Assembly (NCBI GenBank): GCA_008632985.1
Contig: QPGO01000073.1
Location: forward strand, 1-64,000
Reading direction: 5' to 3'
DNA length: 64,000 nucleotides
Source of the DNA: Psammoneis japonica
Lineage: Eukaryota
Shown: piece by piece, positions 49,546-60,014 of the stretch
Layout: each line of letters opens with the position of its first letter
How positions within the stretch are numbered: the first letter of the stretch is position 1
Position numbers and translations under genes: made by a program
The notes under the pieces: model-generated
Databases searched by the model: none
What the model was told of the DNA's origin: nothing
What the model saw: the letters and a program-made list of their open reading frames with translations, nothing else

Positions 49546-52500
49546 GTTGAGCTGCTGTCATTGGCCAATGGGGCAGCAGACTTGCAACCACACACAGGAT
49601 CCACATGAAACACAACAGCGCACACTCTCATTTTTCAAATTTTGGGGAGAGGGTGCACTGTCATGAAGTGTGCAGAAAATGGCACATGCAAAAAATGTGC
49701 TGAAAATGCCACAGACCAACGGGCTGCACAAATCTGGGAAACACAAAGAAAAATGAAGGTGGGTCACATGCGTGCATGAAGTGCTGCACGTGCAGCAGAC
49801 TGCACATGCGCAAAGACACACGCAAGTGAGCGAGGAGGACAAAGTTAAAACCAAGACCAAACTGATCACAATTGAAAGGAAACCAAACCACGCACCACAA
49901 AAAACAGATTTCAATCCCAACTGAATTAAACACTGCACGCATTTGATTGAAGCTTGTGCAAGAAAAGTTGATGAGTCATCAGATGTGATGCACAAAACAG
50001 CTGCATTTTGTTGAGCACTTTTGCCGGCATTTTTTAAACTCCGCTTGTCAACAATTTTGGCAACGCACATTAAAAAATTTACAAAGGAAAGTGGAGGCCA
50101 CTGCATTGCAGCCTCTGATGATCATGGAGTCAAGAACATCTGCAAACCATGTCCTTCATTTGGACATTTTGTGTTCGTCAAAATTTTCATCAGATTTGAA
50201 AATGTCTGGACCACGTGTGGCCACAAGTTTGGCAGATTTGGCAGAGCCAGGCTCCTTGGATGATGCTTCCTTCCGGTGCAACCAAACTTGACCCTGTGTT
50301 TGTCTCCATGGTCAACAGCCACCAACCCATCATGCTTCACATTGGACTCTCCCTTCAACACAATGAAAAGCAGGATTGAGAGTGGGAGCACATGCACAAA
50401 GACTGCCAAAGTGAGCTTTGCACAATGCACTTGCTTGTCCGGCAACAGAAATTCAATGCGGACATGGGAGCCTGTCTTGGGATTGCCCCAGGTGGTTTTG
50501 TTGGCAAACTTGTGCCAGTTTTGCCTCAAATCATCTGCAAGGTAAAAGTTGCCGGTGGAGTGGTGAAGCAGATGCTCCACACCTTTGGCATTGTTGAGGA
50601 TGTGAAGGCATGAGATGTGTGCAACAACTTCCTCTGAGGTGACAGCGCGTCACTCAGATGGGTCAAATTGTTGATGGAGCATGGACTTGTCCAGCCACGA
50701 CATGTTGTTGGGGTTGTTTGGAGGAAAGGCAAGCAATGGCGCTTGTGCAAAAACACCCGTGTTGGAGAGAGACCCTTTCGAGAGAGAACCTTTGGAGGGG
50801 CGAGGGCGGGATCCACGGATTCCGACAAGGGGGACGTTGGCGGTGAGGGCCCGGTGTGCCTCCCTGGATGACAACACATTGCCGGAAACCAAGGGAGGTG
50901 CCTGTTTTGCGCGTGAAATGGATTTGGTCTTCTTGCAGAGGGTGGTCAAAGAAGGCTTCATTGGAGAGAAAGAAATGGAGAAGACAAGACATCCTTGAGA
51001 AAACCAGTGCTGCGCAGCAGAGTTGCACGCGGGAGGAAACACTTGCCAGCATCATGCAAACAGGCTCCATTTTTGCAAACCCTTCTTGTTTTGTGCTTGG
51101 TTTTCATTTTGCACACCCATTTTTTGTTGTCACCAAAACAGCTGGCCCTCTGATCATGCATTCGGTGGCACAGCATTGTGAGCTGTTTGGAGTGCCTGGG
51201 TCATGTGTCAGGTTGCTCCTTTGGACAACGCTTCCCAAATTCATGCTGTGACATGGCATCGATTTTTGCTTTGCACACCTCCCAGGTGGCAACGGCATCT
51301 CACCTGCCATTTTCACCATGTCCTTGATGTCACAGAGTTTGTCTCCAAGAAAACCCTTGACTTTTTCCTCCTCAGAACCAACTTCATTCAACTGGCACAT
51401 GACAAGAGAGCTGTTGACAAAAATGCACCACTCCTTTTGGGTGGTGACTTCACAAATGATCTGCATAAAAAAAACCAGCCCCTGTCCTTTGGTTTGCATT
51501 GGACATGGCACACAACTGTTTTGACAACAAAGCGCGCACCGTGGAGGTCTTGTGCTTGGTCGTCAATCAGATTTTGGAGGCTTTTGTGAAGCAAAAAATG
51601 GAAGCAAGGCTTGCCTGACACAGCATCATCAAGGTCCTCACTGGCAATTGTCTGGTGCACGTGCTCCATCATTGCTTTTGTGTTTCCAAATTTTGACAGT
51701 GCAGGATGTGTTCACCTTTGTTCTGGCGGGGTTTCTTCAACATGCCCAACCACGAGTCATGACACAGGGCCAAACATCGGGACATGCGAGAGTTTTCCTG
51801 ACAATGTTGTTTGCACAGATGGCTTCAGTGATGCAGGGAACATGACAAAGCTTGGGCTTGTGGCAAAGAAAGGGAAGTGCAAGGAATTCTGAAGAGGGCG
51901 ACCAATTCGTTCTCTCCACAAACTGCTTTTTGGATGCAAGCATGGCAATTGTGCTCTTGAGCTTGGGCCCAAAAAGCTCCATTCTGAAACCGTCAATGAA
52001 ACATTTTGTCGTCAAAATTGAAATCATCAGGAAAGACTCATGTGCTGATGGGGTGAAATTGTTGACCGCCATGGCCAGCAATCAGTTGGCACAGCTCATG
52101 CAGAAAGTGCGTGAACCACAACAGCGCACGCTCTGGTCAAACTGATTTTGGGAAGAGGGTGTGCAATGTCATGAAATGCATGGAAAATGGCTCATGCAGA
52201 AAAAGCACTGGAAATGTGGTGGAGAATTGTGCACAGAATTCTGGGAAAAAGTGAGATGCAAAGAGGAAGTGCACACATGGAGATGACTGGGGTGCAGACA
52301 TGATGCCAGGACACATGGTGACACTCAAACGGGGTTTAAAAAGCAAAAACCGAGTTGAAATGTAAAGTGTCAAAAGCAAAGACAGTCAATTGTCACACAG
52401 CTTCATTTCTGCATCACAAAAACTTTGGAAATTCAATGTGCTTTGGGGCACACAGTTGGCGCAAACAGATGACAAATGTTTCACCATGAGACATGCAAAC

Positions 52501-52589
52501 ATCTTGCATTGTTAAAATGCCAACCAGGTTTGAACATCACATTTAAAAGAGCAAGAAAACCAAAATTCAATGTCAAAATGCATGTCAGC

Positions 52590-53802
52590 GACAGTGACAA
52601 CCACCACATTGCAGCCTCTGATTTTCAAGCACAGTGTGTTGTTTGACATGGACATGCACGCTCCACTGAAAATTCCAACTGTGTTGCTCTCCTTTGCAAA
52701 AGTGGTTGTGCAAATTCAGGCAGGCCGTCCTGCCATCCTGACTGCATTGAGAGCCTTCTTGACACAAGCTCAGCACAAATGCTCCCATGTGATTGATGGC
52801 ATGTTGTCCCAAACCTTGATGTTGTTGGCGACAAAGGTCTCCTCAGGCTGAGGATTGTCTCTGGTGGTGAAATGTGCTGCTTGTGCAATCATCTTGGCAC
52901 AGGCATTGGTGCAGTTGGTGGTGTCATCATCTGCTTCTGGTGGCGCCACTGCCTGGTTCTCGTGGATGGCACACACAAGCAGGATGTGGGTTTCCCGCGG
53001 CATGCCTGAGAGTGCTCTTTGAGCAACTCCGTTGTCTTGAGCCAGCCCTTCTTGATGAGAGCAGGTGGGGTCTCTGGACTTTTGCAGGCAGGCTTGGCTG
53101 TCCACAGGTGGTTGAGACCTCTGACGCAGTTCAAAGCAATCTCAGTTGCACACAGCATGTGCGAGATGTGCTCGTGGTGACGAGCGGCAAAAGCTGCAAG
53201 CTTGAGGTTCGTCTCAGCTTGCAGTGATGTGGCCATGCATGGATTGGCATCGCCATCTGCGTTGTCCCCTCCTGGGTGATGTGTGACCTTGCTTGAGGCC
53301 CAGACCTTGTGGTTGTCAAGGTGGCACAATTCCTTGATGGGAGTCCTTGATTCTCTGTTCAGCAACAAGTGCCTCGGCTGCTGGGTTGGTGAAGCCCAGC
53401 CTGGCTGCAGCAGGTGGCTCCCACAGCTGCAAGGTTCATCACCATTGTCAATGGACACAAGTGACAAAAGGACTCCTGTTCTTACAAATTGTGTGGATGT
53501 CACACAAAAAGTGAGTGAAGTGTGCGATCTTTGCACCACTCATTTGCAATTGCATGTGCTCCGTCAGCTCATTTGATCAACCCAAAGACAGCATTCTGTG
53601 TTTTGCTCATGCAAGGTCCAGTGTCTGCGCAAGACAGGGACACAAGCAGCTTCTTGTGTTTGGCACACACAATCATGTGCCAATGCGCACTCGTCATGAA
53701 TGACACATTCATTCTCCCTGATCTGCTTGACCATCACCAGCGAGGCATCACTTGACACAACACACAGGTGACCACACTGCATTTGCATGTTCAGATCGGA
53801 TG

Positions 53803-53854
<52 letters not shown>

Positions 53855-54320
53855 GCTCACTTGGCAATTTCAAATTGCTCAAGCGTTTGCCTCCAAGACA
53901 ATGTGGGAATGGAGAAATGACATCTCAAATCCATCGAGACTGCGCTCTGTGTCTGCGTGAGTGTGCTTGTCAGACACATCACAATGGTCGACACTGCAGT
54001 TGTCAATGAGTTTTAAATTCAGACTGGTTTTGGGAGCAGCGTGCTCATCAAGCACGGACACCGCAGATTTTTTCTGGTCATCCCTGACTTTCATGGAACA
54101 TTCTCCGGGGCGTTGCGCGGCACATTCGCGAGCAAGGGCATCAGAAGGTTCGTCGTTTCTTGTGACGATTGCTCTGACAAAGTGAGTGAAACACCCTGTG
54201 GTCGCGTGCTCCAGGGGTTAGACTAAAAGAAAAGCTGTAACATCGTGACACTATTTCCTAAAAGTGAGAGTTATCCTGAAACTCCAACTTGGCGCACTGT
54301 CGCCAAAGATAAAGCACATA
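52590..54320 (-). mobile_element. 5' fragment of a third copia-like element (LTR, PBS, UTR, gag)
   Basis: Same PBS-like GCTCTGACAAAG at 54171-54182 followed by TG; gag-like frames SLQAETNLKLAAF and FVANNIKVWD...DGRTACLNLHNHF; right boundary uncertain. Confidence 0.6.
53801..53853. repeat. (TG)n microsatellite, about 26 units
   Basis: Directly visible, with one CG interruption. Confidence 0.95.
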
Positions 54321-54465
54321 AAACCATTATTTAGAGTTCGCGCTTCCGTCCGTCCGCACAAACCACAATTTTTCCCGACCACGCAGGGATCGAGAATCGA
54401 GAAATCATTTCATCTTCTTTGCGTCGAAGCCTGGACTGTCTACGTTTTCCTCGAAATGTTGAACA

Positions 54466-56003
54466 ATGAAAAAACCCTTGAATCCCTCGGAAAAAGCGGC
54501 GCTTGACGCCGAGGTGGTTATTGTGGGGGCTGGAATCAGTGGCGTGTGTGCTGCCATTGACTTGTTGCGACAGGGTTGCACCTCGTTCATCGTACTGGAG
54601 GCCCACCCAGATACACCGGGTGGCACATGGCGACAGAATACGTATCCCGGAGTGGCAGTGGATATCATGGTGGTCTCTTATTGCTTTTCTTTCGAGACAG
54701 ATTATCCCTGGTCCCAACAGTATGCCCCCGGAGCTGAAATTTTGTCTTACATTCGTCATTGCATTACAAAGTACGGCATCGACAAGTACATTCGCTACGG
54801 ATCACGTGTCCAAAGTTGCAAATTGCATCCAAATGAAAACCAGTGGGCGATACACCTTTCCAATGGCGGCGTTCTTCACTCTCGACATGTAATATCGGCC
54901 ACTGGGATATTAGCCACACCCAAGTTCCCGTTGATTGCTGGAATGGAAGAGTTTCAGGGCAAGACGATGCACACGGCCCATTGGGATCATGGCTACGATC
55001 TCCGAGGCAAACGCGTCGGCATTGTCGGCACAGGTGCCTCTTCGGTCCAGGTTTGCCCCTCCATTGCGCCCATAGTGGAACATTTGTACGTGTTTCAACG
55101 GACACCCATCTGGGTGTGCCCCGGACCCAACTGGAGTCTCCACCCAAACAGTCCTCAGCGCCGCTTTTGGTTTTGCAGAAAGATTTTGTGGTTCGTGAAC
55201 GAACTGGCGTTTGAAGTTATAACTTTTGTCATTACCAACTATAAATACCTCGGCTGGTTAGTCCGATTGGTCCAGCAACTGCTACGATTGTACATGAAAT
55301 TTCAAGTCAGAGACAAAGCGGTTGCTGAAAAGTTAATTCCTAGTTACACGCTCGGATGTAAGCGACCTACTGTCAACAACGAATACCTTCCAATGTTCAA
55401 CCGGGACAACGTGTCGCTCGTCACACACGAGATCAGCAAAGTTTGCACCGATGGAATCGTCACAATGGACAACAACAAACTACACAAGCTAGATGTTATC
55501 ATCTGGGCCACCGGTTTCCGAACCACCGAAAAACACAACATGCCCAGTTTCAAAGTGTTCGGAAGGGACAATGTTGAACTTGGACAGTTCTGGGAAAAGA
55601 ACAGGAAACAAGCATATGCTGGTGTTGCCGTACCGGGCTTTCCAAATTTCTTCTTGACGGCTGGTCCTTACTCGGGAGGTTTCAATTGGTACCCATGGTA
55701 GAAGCACACGTGTCTCTCATTAGTCACTGTATCAAGCAATGCACGGGTGACATTACAGCGGTGGAAGTGAAACCGAAAGCACATCAGCACTACATGCAGT
55801 ATATGTGGTCTCGAGCTAAGGGATGCGTTTGGGTCAGCACGTCATGCGCTGGATCGAACAGCTATTATCTCGATGGTCATGGAGACGCGTCTTTACCGAT
55901 TCCGCAGACTCCGTGGTGGAGGTACCGTTGGATCGACCGAGGACCGGCTAAGGACGGGTTTTTTTACTCGTCTTGTTCTGGCACTAGCACTACTTCACGC
56001 TAA
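54466..56003 (+). CDS. Flavin-containing / Baeyer-Villiger-type monooxygenase, intronless, with a 1-nt frameshift near 55695
   Basis: GAGISG, GGTW, BVMO fingerprint FQGKTMHTAHWD, GTGASS, GCKR, WATGF, FPNFF; C-terminus continues in frame 55686..56003 (MVEAH...SNSYYLD). Confidence 0.9.
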
Positions 56004-56514
56004 CTGCAGTCAACTGAGACCGGTTAATCAGACCCAAGGAGAACTAAACCTAAACTCAGATGTCATAATTTTTCGTATAGTACATACTACACCACGCGGA
56101 GTAGAGAAAACACGTACAGTGCGAGTTATTTTACCGTTAGGGAAGCGGAAAACAAACATTATAGACGAGCCTCGCCTAATTGCCAAGCACTAGAGCTTGC
56201 TCAATTTCAGTGGTTTTGATTTTCTATCTGCTGAAGATATAACTCACGAGGATGGAAATGAACGGCAAGCTCGTAGCACAACGCAATCACCAATACTCTT
56301 CGCTCCATTTAAGTGAATCCTTGTCTACTGTATTCTTGTCAAAAGAATTATTGACATTTAGAGTGCTAGTAATTGGGATCCTTATGTCTACTTGTGCAAA
56401 TGAGCTGGGAATGAAACTTCTTCACATTGTGATGGTTCTGTTCGGTAGGTGGAGTCGTTCTCACCAAGGATGTTCTAGAAAGCCGATGAGGAGTAGCTTC
56501 TTGAATCTGTTCAT

Positions 56515-57618
56515 TTAAGCAAGCACCCACGGCTTAAGGGCTGCGCGACCGTTCTCCTGGATGTCAGCTGAGTCCGTGTATGTCTCGACGGCCTTGGCAA
56601 CTGCAGTGAATCCTCCAGCCTTTGCAACCTCTGGCACATACTCAGTCCAGTTACAGATATTGGCAAAGGCATAGCATCCACGAGACTGAATCTCCTCCGA
56701 ATCGGCATATGCCTGCATCGCGGTGGCAATAGTGATGAGTCCTCCACAGGCGACAACGCGTTCTGCGTTGTCCTTATTCTCGTGGATAAGGTTACCGAGT
56801 CCGGCAATGCCATACTCTTGCACAAGCTCGTCGCCCTTGTGCTCATTCATGCTGGCGACAGTACTCTCGACGCCGCCAAGTTCACCCTTCATGTTGCGGG
56901 CATCTGCGTCCATAGAGAGCGTCTTGAGCGCGCGGCAAGCCTGTCTCTGAATGCCAACGTTGGCTCGGAACTTCTTCAGTTTGCGAATGATGGTGAGTGG
57001 GCCACCAATCTGATAAACTTTGTTCCGGTTTTGTTCCTCAGCGCACAAATCGGCAAGGTCGCTCAAACCCTTCTCCACCTTTTCTTCCTCGCCGCTAGGC
57101 AAATCTTCCATCATGATTTCAATGATTCGGGCCTTTCCGTCTTGCTGAGGTGGAGTAGCAGTTTCTTCCTCTTGCACAGGCTCAGCTTCATCTGCAGGCT
57201 CGGATTCTAGTTCGGCTTCTGTGGGCTCAGCCGCTTCCGTCGGTTCAGCTTCTTCAGCTTCCACTGGCGTTGCCTCTTCCGTTGGCTCGGCTTCAGCTGG
57301 CTCAGCCTCTTCCGTCGGTTCAGCAACTTCGGGAGAAGCTTCTTCCGTTGGCTCGGCTTCTTCGGGAGTAGGCTCCTCAGCGGGTTCGAGTGTAGGCTCT
57401 TCGACAGCCTCCACTTGTTCTTCTGCAGGAGCTTCTGTCTCTTCCGTAGGTTCGGCATCCTCGGTTTCGGATGGCTCTTCTACTTCAACAACTTCGGTCC
57501 CGTCGTCATTCTCAGCAACGGTCTCGACAATAACTTCCTCCTTGGTCACTGGAGTAATTTCACTTGTGACGGAGCCGCTGTCGCACACAACAGTTTCTTC
57601 AGGTTCGAGGGGAGACAT
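56515..57618 (-). CDS. Armadillo-repeat protein with an acidic E/A/P/T repeat N-terminus
   Basis: Intact ORF with normal TpA and Tyr; EEAEPT repeats then ARM-like helices (IQRQACRAL, VQEYGIAGLGNL, IQSRGCYAFANI); first ATG at 57618. Confidence 0.85.
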   Translation of the reverse strand: MSPLEPEETVVCDSGSVTSEITPVTKEEVIVETVAENDDGTEVVEVEEPSETEDAEPTEETEAPAEEQVEAVEEPTLEPAEEPTPEEAEPTEEASPEVAEPTEEAEPAEAEPTEEATPVEAEEAEPTEAAEPTEAELESEPADEAEPVQEEETATPPQQDGKARIIEIMMEDLPSGEEEKVEKGLSDLADLCAEEQNRNKVYQIGGPLTIIRKLKKFRANVGIQRQACRALKTLSMDADARNMKGELGGVESTVASMNEHKGDELVQEYGIAGLGNLIHENKDNAERVVACGGLITIATAMQAYADSEEIQSRGCYAFANICNWTEYVPEVAKAGGFTAVAKAVETYTDSADIQENGRAALKPWVLA

Positions 57619-57739
57619 GGTGTTTTGGTAACGAGTAGTGGAACAGCCGATGATCGAGATGCAACGGATCGAATTGTGAGGCAAGAAAAGGGGTGAGAGA
57701 TGATGAGAGATGACGGAAGGAAGATTTTTGAAATTTTGA

Positions 57740-57867
57740 TGACGTCGACCGTATCTGACGTTGCGATCATTTCACTTCATCACATACATAGAAAGATAAA
57801 TGACATACTAACTGTAGCAGCGGTGCTGACGTCGATCTCGCTTTCTTCGTTCGATAGTCTGACGTCA
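57740..57867. promoter_or_regulatory. Cluster of four TGACGT (CRE/bZIP-type) motifs upstream of the ARM gene
   Basis: TGACGT at 57740, 57756, 57827 and 57860; the last is the full palindrome TGACGTCA. Confidence 0.4.
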
Positions 57868-58377
57868 CAAGTTTTCTCAAAGGAAATTCGCGCGATTGCG
57901 TCCCATCACGCATCACGCGGGAAATGACGAACAAGCAGCAACAGCAACACGCCAAAAATGCGAGGAGTCGCAATCGCCATGACAGATGATGATGGTCATG
58001 ACAGTCCACATGCGCACGACACACGAAAGCATGGAGCAGCCTTGTCCCCTTCCGAATGACCGCAACCCATTCAGAGCACACACTCGTGGTGGACACCAGC
58101 GCAAGCACCTGAAAGCCCGCCCCCAGCAGCTTCAAACCACTCTCAGCTTGGCCTTTCTTTGCAGTTTTTCAAGAGCCTGTCCCAGGTGAAAGTCGTTTCA
58201 AGAACCCCTGCATGGGCAAGTTCTCAAAGCTTTTGAAAAGCAGCTGCTGAGGAGAGCTGTCTGCCTGTGCCCCCCCATTTGCTCCTTTGTGGGCAACAGC
58301 ACAAACAAACACGTGCCTTTGAACCCAGCACTTGAGACACTTTTGCAGGCACTGAGAAACAGTGACAAGTTTTGCCA

Positions 58378-58794
58378 GATGTGTTCCAGCCCCAAGTGAC
58401 ACACAAAATGACAACCCGTTTTGAGCGTGCCAATCATGCGCGTCTCATGCACACAGTGTTTTCACAACAAAAGCCAGTGTGGATGGCACTCAAGTCCTCA
58501 CAAAATGCTGTGCATCATGAATTCCCTTCGCAGACTCAAGACTGGTTGCATGACAGCACCTTTTGCACATCAAGTCCCTTGCTGGCAGAGTGCCTGCTGC
58601 TGCTGCGGAAAAATGTCGCAAGCAGTTTTGTTTTGTGTTGACACCCAAACATTGAATCTGTGCAAATCTTCAACATTTTTGCCAAAAATCATCAACAAAA
58701 AACACAGACAGCACAAAGCAATGATGTTGCAATGCTGGTGCAAGTCTTGTTGGCATTGCACAATTTGGCTCATGTGCAGCCAGATGAGCACATT
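58378..58794. mobile_element. MITE, GAC...GTC family, subtype K, heavily decayed
   Basis: Both ends align with 7697-8250; TSD pair GCCA / GCTG. Confidence 0.7.
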
Positions 58795-59095
58795 GCTGGC
58801 ATTGTCAAAGCTGTTGCAAACAAATTTTCAGACAGACCCTGTCAAAGCCAAAGAAGGGTGGCAGGTTGCTGTTGGATGTCAGTGCAAACAAGGTGCAGAA
58901 AGCAAGCCTGAGCAAAAACAGGTGGACAAAAAAGCTTTGTTTTGTTCCTTGTGGGTTGAAAGCTGGTGACAAGCATGTTGCGCACAAAGAAAATTGTTGC
59001 TGGATGACCTTGCCAGGTCCATCCAATCAGAAAAAATTCTTGGGTTCATCTGTTTTGGAGGCACTGCTTCAAGAGCCTTTGTGCAAGTGCAGCCC

Positions 59096-59467
59096 GACGT
59101 GCTCTGGCTCTGGGTGGGACCTTGCACTGCTGCACACTGTGATGCCAAGAGTTTTTTTTGTCACGTCGCATGTCACACATGCAGATGGCTGCGTGTGACA
59201 TTCCACAAAATTGTTTCATGCTCTGCATTTTGCAAAGCCAAAGGCTTTCTGTTTTCAACATTTGTGAGAGCGAAAATGTGCCAGCCAGGTGCGTTCTTTG
59301 ATGTCTGTGGAGAGCGCACCCGGGCAAACTGTCAATGATGTGCTTCAAGTGTGAAGGACGAGATGCATTCGTAAAATTGCCTCCTGTTCCATTGGTGATC
59401 ATTCACATTTTCAAATTCTGCTGGCCCAATGTCGCACGGAGTCCCACCTGGGTCTCTGGAGCCCGTC
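59096..59467. mobile_element. MITE, GAC...GTC family, subtype F
   Basis: Ends GACGTGCTCTGG / CTGGAGCCCGTC; TSD GCCC. Confidence 0.85.
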
Positions 59468-60014
59468 GCCCTTGCCACGCGGTGGAGAGTTGCTGTGCAA
59501 ACACCAACAGAATGCTGCTGCAGGTGATGGAAATGCTAAAAACAAAGAGCAAGATTGGCTGACTGCATCACCAAAAATGTTGTGGCACTCGGGCAAATGT
59601 TCGAGATTTGTGTCCGCAGGCATTTGTTCGGGTGACGCCACAGGACTGAGCTGCGCAAGATTTTTGATTGCGCTGTTGTGAGCACCCAACTGGCATGCAG
59701 TGGTGCTGTTGTGCTTGGTAATCTGGATCAACTCTGTTCACACTAGGGCTCTCTACTTTGGCTAGAGCAGCTCCAGTGACCAGCTGGAGAGAAGAGCCGC
59801 GACTCGCAGCTCATGCGCACCTGCCGCGGCACCACCCACAGCATTCAGACCTTCGTCCGTTTCTCCCTCGCGCGACACTCACGCATTCGTATCTTTTTTT
59901 TCGGATGAGAACTCCCTCCAAAAGAACGCATCACACGCATCACATCACACATCATCACATCATCAACCTCTCATTCTTGTGAAGGTGTCAATCGAAAATA
60001 TACAGAAGAAGATC

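Noticed and set aside
1..54215. Classical RIP or CpG deamination as the sole cause
   Set aside because: RIP raises TpA. CpG decay cannot turn Tyr codons into Cys/His or remove TA.
1..54215. Sequencing or assembly artefact as the cause of TA loss
   Set aside because: The effect tracks element boundaries, varies between copies and spares genes; judged unlikely, but only raw reads can exclude it.
57221..57631. Ser-rich ORF on the plus strand
   Set aside because: Antisense shadow of the acidic repeat in the ARM gene.
58800..59090. SWIM zinc finger / transposase remnant (GCQCKQGA)
   Set aside because: Cys motifs are unreliable here because Tyr converts to Cys; no supporting domain seen.
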